This document shows positions 1 to 9,321 of a stretch of DNA of 34,405 nt, one piece after another. The first letter of the stretch is position 1. Every line of letters begins with the position of its first letter. The stretch is from positions 1,255 to 35,659 of the forward strand of contig JBNJFI010000011.1 of the NCBI GenBank assembly GCA_051746725.1, given 5' to 3'. Position numbers and translations under genes: made by a program. The DNA is from Fusobacteriota bacterium. Its GTDB lineage: Bacteria > Fusobacteriota > Fusobacteriia > Fusobacteriales > JBNJFI01. Under the pieces are notes generated by a model. The model was given only the letters and a program-made list of their open reading frames with translations, had not been told where the DNA came from and did not search any database.

Positions 1-1297
1 TTATCCTGTAAAATATTTTGGGATATTCACTGCAATTGGGGTTTTGCTGGCAATGCTTTTATCCTTGGTATTTTTACCTGCAGCATTAAAAATAATTGGG
101 TTACCAAGATTTAAGAAAAAGAAAGAATCGGATATTCAAAATAAGGGTATTAGAAAATTAACAGGTTTAATTTTGAAAAATAGTAATAAGGTATTTATCA
201 GTACAATAGTTTTAATAATTTTATCAGGTTATGGAATCACAAAAGTTTGGGTGGATTCCAGTTTTTTAGATAAATTTGAAGATGATAGTAAAATAGTAAA
301 AGCAGATAATTTTATAAATAAAAATTTTGGAGGAACTACTAATTTAAATATAATTTTTGAAGGAGATGTAGATGACTTCAAAAAACCTGATAATCTAAAA
401 AAGGTTGAAGACTTACAAAACGAGTTAGAATCTCTAGAGGAAGTTGGCAATACTTTTGGATTAACTGATTATATAAAAAGAATGAATAAGGTTATGAATG
501 AAAACAAAGAGGAAAAGTACTCAATTCCAGGAAGTCAAAACCTAATTGCTCAGTATCTTTTATTATATTCAATGTCAGGAGATACAGAAAAGTTAGATCG
601 GGTAGTAGATTACAACTATGAAAGAATTAATTTACAAGTACAATTAAAAGGTGATAATTCAGATCTAATGGATAACGTCTTAAATGTAGTTGAAAATAAT
701 AGAGAAAACTTTACTAATATAAAAATAAATTATGCTGGATCAGCATATAAGGCATATGTCTTTTCAGATCTGATTTTAGAAGGGCAGATTAGAAGTCTTG
801 TAATGTCTCTATTTATAGTAATAATTTTAATAAGTTTGATGTTTAAAAGTCTATCTGCAGGGATAATTGGAGCAATCCCAATAACCATTACAGCTCTTGT
901 CAATTTTGGAGTAATGGGGTTTACAGGAATACCTCTGTCATCAACAACAGCACTGCTTTCAAGTATAGCCGTTGGAATTGGTATAGATTATGCAATACAT
1001 TTTTTAGAAAGATATAGAATAAGTGCTTTAGATCAAGAAAAGCCAGAGGATATAGCTAAAGACACCATGGAACATACAGGTAAAGCCATTCTATTTAATG
1101 CATTGGTTGTTGTTTCAGGTTTTTCTGTGTTAATTTTCTCTGTTTTTCCACCTAACAGAGAGTTAGGAATATTAGCTTCAATGAATATGTTCATAACTTT
1201 TATTATAACACTTACAACGATGTTGGTAATAATAAATTTAGTGAAACCAAAATTTATATTCAAATCAAAATTAGGAGGGGTTAAAAATGAAAATTAA
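1..1297 (+). CDS. MMPL/RND-family transporter, C-terminal part (5' end lies outside the window)
   Basis: Frame is open from base 2 (YPVKYFGIFTAIGVLLAML...). It has multiple TM helices, a periplasmic loop, the RND/MMPL motif 'SIAVGIGIDYAIHFLERY' and 'TGKAILFNAL'. Confidence 0.92.
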   Translation, partial: YPVKYFGIFTAIGVLLAMLLSLVFLPAALKIIGLPRFKKKKESDIQNKGIRKLTGLILKNSNKVFISTIVLIILSGYGITKVWVDSSFLDKFEDDSKIVKADNFINKNFGGTTNLNIIFEGDVDDFKKPDNLKKVEDLQNELESLEEVGNTFGLTDYIKRMNKVMNENKEEKYSIPGSQNLIAQYLLLYSMSGDTEKLDRVVDYNYERINLQVQLKGDNSDLMDNVLNVVENNRENFTNIKINYAGSAYKAYVFSDLILEGQIRSLVMSLFIVIILISLMFKSLSAGIIGAIPITITALVNFGVMGFTGIPLSSTTALLSSIAVGIGIDYAIHFLERYRISALDQEKPEDIAKDTMEHTGKAILFNALVVVSGFSVLIFSVFPPNRELGILASMNMFITFIITLTTMLVIINLVKPKFIFKSKLGGVKNEN

Positions 1298-2057
1298 AAG
1301 TCTAGTTATGTTAATGATGTTTTTAGGAACAATGAGTTTTGGACAAGATTTTACTGGTTATGATGTAATGAAAAAGGTGTATACTCGAGAAGAAAGCAAT
1401 AGTCAATCGGCCAATATGAAGATGATTTTAGAAAATAAACAGGGTAATCAACGTATACGAGAAATCAAACAGTTCAAAAGAGATTTTGGAGATGTCGAAA
1501 AAAGTATAATGTTTTTTATTTCTCCAGCAGACGTAAGAGATACTTCATTTATGAATTGGACCTATGATAATGAAGAAAAACAAGATGATCAGTGGATATA
1601 TTTGCCGGCATTAAGAAGGGTTCGAAGAATTTCAAGTGATAATAAAAGTGATTCATTTATGGGGTCAGATTTCTCCTATGATGATTTAGGAAAAAGAAAT
1701 CCAGTCGAGGACAATCATAAAATATTAAGATCTGAAAATCTAGATGGTAAAAATGTCTATGTTATTGAAAGTATTCCAAAAGATAAAAATTATATATATT
1801 CTAAAACTAAATCTTGGGTTGTTAAGGATGAGTGGATTGGACTCAAAAAAGAGTTCTATGATAAATCTGGAAAATTACTTAAAATATTAGAAGTAAAAGA
1901 AACAAAAAAGATTGACGGGATAATAACAATAACAAATAGTCAAATGAAGGATATACAAAAAAATCATAAAACAATTATGAAGTTAGATGGAATAGATTAT
2001 GGAACTCAAATATCTGAAAATAAATTTACTGAAAGAATGATGAGGAGGGGATTTTAA
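1287..2057 (+). CDS. Outer-membrane lipoprotein-sorting (LolA-like, TP0789-like) periplasmic protein
   Basis: Signal peptide; family motifs 'SPADVRDTSF', 'DDQWIYLPALRRVRRIS', 'FMGSDFSYDD', 'FYDKSGKLLK'. RBS AGGAGG; overlaps the MMPL stop. Confidence 0.9.
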   Translation: MKIKSLVMLMMFLGTMSFGQDFTGYDVMKKVYTREESNSQSANMKMILENKQGNQRIREIKQFKRDFGDVEKSIMFFISPADVRDTSFMNWTYDNEEKQDDQWIYLPALRRVRRISSDNKSDSFMGSDFSYDDLGKRNPVEDNHKILRSENLDGKNVYVIESIPKDKNYIYSKTKSWVVKDEWIGLKKEFYDKSGKLLKILEVKETKKIDGIITITNSQMKDIQKNHKTIMKLDGIDYGTQISENKFTERMMRRGF

Positions 2058-3265
2058 TGAGAAAATCAATTCTAGTTTTAATTGTATTAATGATTTCTAA
2101 TATTTCATTTGGAAGTGATTTACGTATAAATGGACAATTTGAAAATTACACAGGTTTACTCATTGAAAATGGAGATTATGCAAAAGTCGAAAACAGTTTT
2201 AGATTAAAAATGGAATATAATAAAGGGATGAATAGATTATTTGTTAATCCTATTATCCAAAAGAGAAATGAAATGGAACAGTTAGATATCTCATTAAAAG
2301 AAGCATATATAGATAAATATTTTAAAAATTTTGATTTAAGAGTGGGGAAACAACAGATAATTTGGGGGAAAGCAAACGGAGTATTTGTAACTGATTTAAT
2401 ATCTCCCAAAAATCTAGATGAATTCATATTACCAGATTTTAATGAAGTAAGAATACCTATAAATGCAGTAAAATTAAATTATTACATTGGAAATAATAAT
2501 TTAGAAATGATCTGGATTCCAGAATTTCATCCCAATGAACTACCAGAATCTGATTCAATATGGGCTCCAGAAAAACCAGCTGGTTTTGAAACCGCAAAAC
2601 TTGACCAAAGCAATCTAAAACTTGAAAAAGATATTAGAAATAGCGAATTTGCTGTTAAATATAGTTCTTTAAATGAATTTGGGGATTATGAGATCTTAGC
2701 TGCATATCTATGGAGTGATATTCCTTTGAATTATATGCATTTAAAAGATGGAAAAAAATTAATTAAACCTGAATATAAAAGAGAAGCTTTAATAGGTGGG
2801 ACTTTTTCAAAGACATTTGATAAATTTGTATTTAGAAATGAGGTGGCAATTTATAAGGATAAAAAATTTCAAATTGAAGATATCTCTGTAAATGGAGTTG
2901 AATCCAAGAATTATGTAAATTATGTATTTGGAATTGATTATGATCTATTTGGATTAAACTTAGGAAATCAAATAATACAAGAATATATTTTTGATTACGA
3001 AGAAAAAATGATAAATGACGAAATAAATACCACTATTACCACAAGTATTAATAAATCTTTTTTGAGAGAAACATTGACAAATCAGCTATTTATATACTAT
3101 AATTTAAATAATAGTGATGCATTAATAAAATCTACTAGCAATTACAGTTTTGGAGATGGTTTAAATCTAACATTGGGAGCTAATATTTTTGTGGGAGATG
3201 AAGGAGAATTTGGGCAATTTGATAAAAATGATCTATTATTTAGTAAATTAAAATTTGACTTTTAA
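2057..3265 (+). CDS. Putative outer-membrane beta-barrel protein (DUF1302-like)
   Basis: Signal peptide; 'LKEAYID...DLRVGKQQIIWG' motif; alternating beta-strand pattern; C-terminal Phe (KLKFDF). TAATG overlap with the upstream gene. Confidence 0.8.
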   Translation: MRKSILVLIVLMISNISFGSDLRINGQFENYTGLLIENGDYAKVENSFRLKMEYNKGMNRLFVNPIIQKRNEMEQLDISLKEAYIDKYFKNFDLRVGKQQIIWGKANGVFVTDLISPKNLDEFILPDFNEVRIPINAVKLNYYIGNNNLEMIWIPEFHPNELPESDSIWAPEKPAGFETAKLDQSNLKLEKDIRNSEFAVKYSSLNEFGDYEILAAYLWSDIPLNYMHLKDGKKLIKPEYKREALIGGTFSKTFDKFVFRNEVAIYKDKKFQIEDISVNGVESKNYVNYVFGIDYDLFGLNLGNQIIQEYIFDYEEKMINDEINTTITTSINKSFLRETLTNQLFIYYNLNNSDALIKSTSNYSFGDGLNLTLGANIFVGDEGEFGQFDKNDLLFSKLKFDF

Positions 3266-3283
3266 TAATAGGGAGTGATTAAA

Positions 3284-3907
3284 ATGAAAAAGAAATTACA
3301 AATTTTATCACAAAGTATATTTTTATTGATATTTACTTTTTTGTTTTTTAACAATAAAATTAATCTGTGGATATTAATTTTTATAGCTTTTTTGATATTA
3401 ACTCCTTTACTAGGAAGAGTTTACTGTAGCTGGATTTGTCCTATGAATACCGTTATGATACCTACAGAATGGATTTCAAAAAAGTTAAATATACAGTCTA
3501 AAACTACTCCAAAGGGAAAATTATTTAAAATATTACCTTGGTTAATGCTGGCATTACTAATTGGTAGTATGTTATTTTTGAGAAGAAATCTAGGAATCGA
3601 AATCCCTATTTTGTTATACTTAGTTGGATTTTCTATAATTATAACTTTACGATATAAACCAAGGTTATTTCATAATAAGATTTGCCCATTTGGAGCTCTT
3701 TTAAAAACTGCAGGGAAAATATCTTTTTTATCACACACTGTGGATAAAGAAAAGTGTATTGGCTGTAAAAAATGTGAAACTGTTTGTCCCACTGGAGCAA
3801 TTTCTGTAAATGACGGTAAGGCAAATATCGACAAAGAAATGTGTCACCAATGCTTAAACTGTTTAGAAATTTGTCCTGTTAATGCAATAGAATATACTAG
3901 AAAATAA
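3284..3907 (+). CDS. Membrane-bound 4Fe-4S binding protein (NapH/MauN-like) with a C-terminal 2x[4Fe-4S] ferredoxin domain
   Basis: 'GRVYCSWICP', 'FHNKICPFG', 'CIGCKKCETVCP', 'CHQCLNCLEICP' and about 4 TM segments. Start placed at ATG 3284, 8 nt after GGGAG. Confidence 0.88.
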   Translation: MKKKLQILSQSIFLLIFTFLFFNNKINLWILIFIAFLILTPLLGRVYCSWICPMNTVMIPTEWISKKLNIQSKTTPKGKLFKILPWLMLALLIGSMLFLRRNLGIEIPILLYLVGFSIIITLRYKPRLFHNKICPFGALLKTAGKISFLSHTVDKEKCIGCKKCETVCPTGAISVNDGKANIDKEMCHQCLNCLEICPVNAIEYTRK

Positions 3908-3926
3908 TTCAAAAAAGGGGGCTAAG

Positions 3927-4613
3927 ATGAAAAGACTAAATATATTTAATAAAAAAATATTTATTTATACTTTTCTATTAGTTGCTCTCTTTTTTGTTTT
4001 ACGAACAAAATTGATAGATTTAAAAGATCTAGAGAAATTAGAAAATCTCGTTAGATCTTTTGGGTATTTAGCTTTTTTGGCCTACATATTCTTTTGTATA
4101 ATTGCAAGTTTTACCTTTATTCCTCTTGTAATAACTCGTTTAGCCGGGGCATTGATTTTTGGACCTTTTATTGGAGGGATTTTAAATATTATAGGTTTAA
4201 CTATTGGATCTGTTTTGTGTTTTATGACTTCTAGATATTTTTTTCAATCTTTTTTTAGAAAAAAATTTAGTGAAAATCGAGTTTATATCAAAATAAATAA
4301 CGCCTTTGATAAATATGGAGGATATATCTTAATCGGTACTAGATTAAATCCTGTATTTTCCAATACTGTTCAAAATTTTTTGTATGGCCTCACTAAAATA
4401 AAATTTAAAGTTTATTTAGTTGGATCATTAATTTTATATACCGCTGGAAGCATTATAGTTTCTCTTGGAGTTAAATTAGCAACTACTGATAACTTGGCTA
4501 ATACTAAAAACATGTATTATATTATATTAATGCTAATCCTAATAATTTTAATAATCATATTTATAAAAAAATCTAGTAATTGGCTGGATTTCAAAAAAGA
4601 GGACGCTGAATAA
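3927..4613 (+). CDS. TVP38/TMEM64 (VTT/DedA superfamily) membrane protein
   Basis: 'AGALIFGPFIG...GSVLCFMTSR', 'TRLNPVFS', 'NFLYGLTKIKF' motifs; very hydrophobic. Confidence 0.85.
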   Translation: MKRLNIFNKKIFIYTFLLVALFFVLRTKLIDLKDLEKLENLVRSFGYLAFLAYIFFCIIASFTFIPLVITRLAGALIFGPFIGGILNIIGLTIGSVLCFMTSRYFFQSFFRKKFSENRVYIKINNAFDKYGGYILIGTRLNPVFSNTVQNFLYGLTKIKFKVYLVGSLILYTAGSIIVSLGVKLATTDNLANTKNMYYIILMLILIILIIIFIKKSSNWLDFKKEDAE

Positions 4614-4648
4614 ATTAAAATTTTAATAAATAGTTAAAATATAAAAGA

Positions 4649-4687
4649 CTCCTATAAATCTATTTAATAAAGAAAGATTTATAGGAG
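4649..4687. terminator. Probable bidirectional intrinsic terminator between convergent genes
   Basis: 13-bp perfect inverted repeat CTCCTATAAATCT (4649-4661) / AGATTTATAGGAG (4675-4687), with A-rich sequence on the left and T-rich on the right. Confidence 0.8.
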
Positions 4688-4695
4688 ATTTTATT

Positions 4696-7600
4696 TTAGC
4701 TTTTTATTTTTATCAATTCAGAATCAATGTCTTCAACACTTTCAATGTTTTCATTTTCTTTTTTGAGCTCATTTTTCTTTAAATTTTCAAATGCAACTGA
4801 TAGCATTAGTTTTATTCTATTTACTTGATTCACTTCACTTGCACCTGGATCAAAATCTAATGGTTTTATATTAACATCTGAATATGAAGATCGTATCTCT
4901 TTAACCATTCCCTTTCCTAAAACATGATTAGGTAAACAACCAAAGGGTTGTAAACACAAGATATTTTTGACCCCATTCTTTATTAATTCTACCATCTCTC
5001 CAGTTAAAAACCATCCTTCTCCTGTTTGATGTGATAAAGAGAGATGCTTTTTTGCGCTTTCAGCTATATCGTAAATAGACTCCGGTTTACTAAACCTTTT
5101 ACTTTTTTCTAATGCTTTTGCAACAGGCCGTCTATATAAAAATTCGATTCCTTTAATTCCCAATTTACTTATTAACATAGAAAATAATCCACCAGACAAA
5201 GTTTTATATTTTTCTTCATGATTATATAGGGAGTATAAAAAGAAATCTAAAAAATCCGGAACAACTACTTCTGCACCTTCTTTTTCTAAAAAACTAACTA
5301 TTTTATTATTGGCAATTGGGTGGAATTTAACTAAAATTTCACCAACTATACCTACTTTTGGTTTTTCTAAATTTTCTTTTACAGGTAGGTTATCAAAATC
5401 TTTAACAATATTATATATATCTTTTTTGAATTCTTTTTTGTCTCGACTTATTAGGGTATCATGACATTTTAAAACCCATTTATCATATAATTTGTTGGCA
5501 GATCCAGGTACTTTTTCATAAGGTCTTACTTTATATAAAACCCTCATTAAAAGATCACCAAAAACCGTACTTCGGATTAAATCATCAATTAAGGGAAAAG
5601 TTAATTTAAATCCTGGATTTTTTTCTACGCCCATGGTATTTAAAGAAATCACCGGAACTTGCTCAAACCCGGCCTCTTTAAGAGCTTTTCTAATAAAACT
5701 AATATAGTTAGTAGCTCTACAACCACCACCTGTTTGAGATATAATAACAGATGTTTTGTTGGGATCATGTTCTCCTGATTCTAGAGCTGACAGTATTTGA
5801 CCAACAATGATTATAGATGGATAACAAGCATCATTATTTACATATTTTAAACCAATATCAACAGCATTATCATCTTCTGCTGGTAAAATTTTTAAGTTAT
5901 AACCTGCATTTTTAAATGCAGTTTCATAAAATTGAAAATGAATAGGTGCCATTTGTGGAGATAAAATTGTATGCTCAGATTTCATCTTTTTTGTAAATAC
6001 TTTTCGTTTAGGAAATTTTTCCTTGGTTTCTTCTAAAGAATGGTTGCTTCTTTTATCCATCGCTGCAATTAAAGATCTAAGTCTTATTTTAGCAGCGCCT
6101 AGATTACTTATTTCATCAATTTTTAGACAAGTAAATATCTTATTTTTCTTGACTAAAATCTCTTCAACTTGATCTATAGTAACTGCATCCAAGCCACATC
6201 CAAATGAGTTTAATTGTACTAATTCTAAGTTATCATGTTCTGCAACAAAAGAAGCTGCAGAATATAACCTTGAATGATAAACCCATTGATCATAAACTTG
6301 TAAAGGTCTTTCTATCTTTCCTAAATGACTTATAGAATCTGCAGATAAGATAGGAAGATCAAATGATTCAATTAATTCTGGTATTCCGTGATTTATTTCA
6401 GGATCGATATGATAAGGTCGTCCCGCTAAAACTATTCCTTTTTGATTAGTTTTTTCTAAAAATTCCAAAACTTCTTCACCTTTATTACGGACATCTTGTT
6501 TATAATTATCTAATTCTTTATATGCTTTATTTATAGCTGATTTAATTTCTTTTTTGGAAATATTTTCCTCATCTAATTCTTCTATTAATCTTTTTGTTAA
6601 TCGACGTTTATTATCTATTGGCAAAAAAGGGTGATAAAACTTAATATTTTCATCTGTTATTTTTTCAATATTTACTCTAAGAGTCTCAGAATATGAAGTA
6701 ACAATAGGGCAATTATAATTATTAGATGCCTCTTTATCTTCTTTTTTATTATATGGAATACTGGGATGGAATATTTTTTTAATTCCTTTTTCTATTAAAT
6801 CAAACATATGCCCATGGGATAATTTTGCTGGATAACAAGCCGAATCAGAGGGGATAGTTTTCATCCCTTTTTGATATACGTCTTGATTTGATTCTGTAGA
6901 TAGATGAACTTGATATCCAAGAGTATCAAAAAACGTAAACCAAAATGGATAATCTTCATACATATTTAATGCACGGATAATTCCAATTTTTCCTCTTTCA
7001 GCATTTTTATCATCTAAGGGTTCATAATTAAATACTCTATTATATTTATATTTATATAAGTTGTCTACCACTTTATCTTCTTTTTCTTTTCCAATGCCTC
7101 TTTCACATCTATTTCCTGATACAAACTTTCGGCCATCGGCAAATTTTTTAATGGTCAGTAAGCAATTATTACCACATTTTTGACATTGCCCTTTATAACT
7201 CTTAACTTTAAAGTCATATAAATTTTCTTCAGATAACATAGTTGATCGTTGATTTTCCTCTGATTCTTCACATGCTAAAAGAGCAGCACCAAATGCCCCC
7301 ATTATTCCTGTAATATCAGGTCTTACCACTTCTTTTCCTATTAAATTTTCCAAAACTCTTAAGACAGCATCATTATGAAAAGTTCCTCCTTGAACAACGA
7401 TGTGATTTCCTAAATCACTATTATTATTATAACCAATTACCTTGTAAAGTGCATTTTTTATAACTGATGTAGCAAGACCACCAGATATATCTTGTACTGT
7501 AGCACCTTCATTTTGAACCTGCTTTACCTTAGAATTCATAAAAACAGTACATCGACTTCCCAAATCAACTGGATTTTCAGCTTTAACACCTAATTTAGCA

Positions 7601-9000
7601 AAATCTCCTACTTCATATCCCAGTGAAGTTGCAAAAGTGGATATAAAAGATCCGCATCCAGATGAACAAGCTTCATTGAGCATTATTGAATATATAGCGC
7701 CATCCTTAGTTTCTATAACCTTCATATCTTGGCCACCAATGTCGAGTATGTAATCTACTTCTGGTAAAAAATATTGGGCTGCTTTATAGTGTGTAACTGT
7801 TTCTACTTCTCCAATATCTATTTTTAATGCTGCCTTTATTAACTCTTCACCATATCCTGTTACAGCTGAGTTAGCTATTATAACATCTGAAGGTAGTTCT
7901 TTGTATAATCTTTTAAGAGATTCAATAGTCGTATTAAGAGGATCTCCTTGGTTGTCTTCATAAAAAGAATAGAGCAATTTCCCATTTGAACTAACAAGTG
8001 CTATTTTAGTTGTAGTTGATCCAGCATCTATACCAAGATATGCATTACCCTGGTATTTATTTATATCTAATTTCTCTACTTTTTGTTTTGAATGCCTATT
8101 TTTGAAACTTTCATATTCTTCTTCACTATTAAATAATGGATCTAAACCCTTATGTGAGCTTTGGTCTGTAGAATTTAGTGCATGTAAGTGTTCATATAAC
8201 TCATGTACTGTATATATAGTCTGTTCCTTTTCTTCTAAAGCAGCTCCTAGAGCAACAAAATACTGTCCCTCTTTGGGAATAAGTGCTTGATCTGTAGTTA
8301 ACTCTAAAGTTTTTATAAATCTTTTTCTGAGCTCTGAAAGAAAATGTAATGGTCCTCCCAAAAAAGCAACATTTCCTTCAATTTCGCGTCCTTGAGCTAA
8401 ACCGCTAATGGTTTGGTTTACAACAGCCTGTAATATAGACATTGCCAGGTCTTCTTTAGATACTCCATCATTAAGCAAAGACTGAACATCTGATTTGGCA
8501 AATACCCCACATCGAGAAGCTATAGAATATATATGCTCTCCTTTTTTGGCCAACTCGTTTAATCCATTAACATCTGTTTTTAATAAAGAAGCCATCTGAT
8601 CTATAAAAGCACCAGTCCCCCCTGCACAAGCTCCATTCATCCTTTGTTCAATGGTATTATCAAAGTATACTATTTTAGCGTCTTCTCCCCCTAATTCAAT
8701 GGCTACATTTGTACTGGGAATTTCTTCTTTAATAGCATTACTTGAAGCTATTACTTCTTGAATAAAAGGTACTTCTAACTTTTTTGCAATGTCTAATCCT
8801 CCAGAACCAGCAATTGTTATAGCAACTTTGCTATCTGGAAAAATATCTTGAATATTATCGAAAATATCTACTATTGTTTTCCTTACTTCTGAAAAATGGC
8901 GTGCATATTTTTGGAAAATAATATTTTTATTATTATCCAAAATAATTACTTTAACTGTCGTAGAGCCAACATCTAATCCAATTCTATAAATTTTCTCCAT
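4696..9000 (-). CDS. Fused 2-hydroxyacyl-CoA dehydratase activator (two BcrAD/BadFG ASKHA ATPase domains + DUF2229 + dehydratase-like C-terminus)
   Basis: 'GLDVGSTT', 'RMNGACAGGTG', 'ASRCGVF', second domain 'GIDAGSTT', 'LNEACSSGCG', 'SRCTVF', then 'CYPAK', 'SFGCGLD', 'QPFGCLPNH'. Start moved from 9072 to ATG 9000 (MEKIYRIG), 3 nt after AGGGGGA. Confidence 0.9.
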   Translation of the reverse strand: MEKIYRIGLDVGSTTVKVIILDNNKNIIFQKYARHFSEVRKTIVDIFDNIQDIFPDSKVAITIAGSGGLDIAKKLEVPFIQEVIASSNAIKEEIPSTNVAIELGGEDAKIVYFDNTIEQRMNGACAGGTGAFIDQMASLLKTDVNGLNELAKKGEHIYSIASRCGVFAKSDVQSLLNDGVSKEDLAMSILQAVVNQTISGLAQGREIEGNVAFLGGPLHFLSELRKRFIKTLELTTDQALIPKEGQYFVALGAALEEKEQTIYTVHELYEHLHALNSTDQSSHKGLDPLFNSEEEYESFKNRHSKQKVEKLDINKYQGNAYLGIDAGSTTTKIALVSSNGKLLYSFYEDNQGDPLNTTIESLKRLYKELPSDVIIANSAVTGYGEELIKAALKIDIGEVETVTHYKAAQYFLPEVDYILDIGGQDMKVIETKDGAIYSIMLNEACSSGCGSFISTFATSLGYEVGDFAKLGVKAENPVDLGSRCTVFMNSKVKQVQNEGATVQDISGGLATSVIKNALYKVIGYNNNSDLGNHIVVQGGTFHNDAVLRVLENLIGKEVVRPDITGIMGAFGAALLACEESEENQRSTMLSEENLYDFKVKSYKGQCQKCGNNCLLTIKKFADGRKFVSGNRCERGIGKEKEDKVVDNLYKYKYNRVFNYEPLDDKNAERGKIGIIRALNMYEDYPFWFTFFDTLGYQVHLSTESNQDVYQKGMKTIPSDSACYPAKLSHGHMFDLIEKGIKKIFHPSIPYNKKEDKEASNNYNCPIVTSYSETLRVNIEKITDENIKFYHPFLPIDNKRRLTKRLIEELDEENISKKEIKSAINKAYKELDNYKQDVRNKGEEVLEFLEKTNQKGIVLAGRPYHIDPEINHGIPELIESFDLPILSADSISHLGKIERPLQVYDQWVYHSRLYSAASFVAEHDNLELVQLNSFGCGLDAVTIDQVEEILVKKNKIFTCLKIDEISNLGAAKIRLRSLIAAMDKRSNHSLEETKEKFPKRKVFTKKMKSEHTILSPQMAPIHFQFYETAFKNAGYNLKILPAEDDNAVDIGLKYVNNDACYPSIIIVGQILSALESGEHDPNKTSVIISQTGGGCRATNYISFIRKALKEAGFEQVPVISLNTMGVEKNPGFKLTFPLIDDLIRSTVFGDLLMRVLYKVRPYEKVPGSANKLYDKWVLKCHDTLISRDKKEFKKDIYNIVKDFDNLPVKENLEKPKVGIVGEILVKFHPIANNKIVSFLEKEGAEVVVPDFLDFFLYSLYNHEEKYKTLSGGLFSMLISKLGIKGIEFLYRRPVAKALEKSKRFSKPESIYDIAESAKKHLSLSHQTGEGWFLTGEMVELIKNGVKNILCLQPFGCLPNHVLGKGMVKEIRSSYSDVNIKPLDFDPGASEVNQVNRIKLMLSVAFENLKKNELKKENENIESVEDIDSELIKIKS

Positions 9001-9171
9001 ACGTCCCCCTATTTGATTATACAAAATAAAATAGAAATAAGATATTGCGCTACCAAAGATTGATAATAACAATAACTAAAATCTATTTTCCGTTAATTAT
9101 TAAGTTTGTTCTTTTTACGAATTATTTATGACAAATATAATGATATCGTGATATTTTTATATACACTAAAA

Positions 9172-9200
9172 ATTATATAATCTTGGGGATATATTGTCAA
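9172..9200 (-). promoter_or_regulatory. Consensus sigma70/sigmaA promoter for the dehydratase-activator gene
   Basis: The minus strand reads TTGACA-N17-TATAAT exactly (-35 at 9200-9195, -10 at 9177-9172). Confidence 0.85.
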
Positions 9201-9236
9201 GTAAAATTACAGAAAAAATGCTTTAAATTAAGTAAT

Positions 9237-9290
9237 TTTACATGAGTTTTACAACAAGTTAACAGCAGGTTTACTTTTTTGATGTATAAT
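9237..9290 (+). promoter_or_regulatory. PhoP/OmpR-type direct-repeat array (4 x 11-bp phase) plus -10 box upstream of the MCP
   Basis: TTTACA(9237), TTTACA(9248), TTAACA(9259), TTTACT(9270), then 9 nt and TATAAT (9285-9290); no canonical -35. Confidence 0.72.
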
Positions 9291-9321
9291 AATCTTAAAG
9301 AAGAAAGGAAGTGGAAAAATT

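Noticed and set aside
9001..9072. N-terminal extension of the 1458-aa ORF (start at 9072)
   Set aside because: Family homology and an RBS begin at ATG 9000; the extension has no RBS and lies in the leader.
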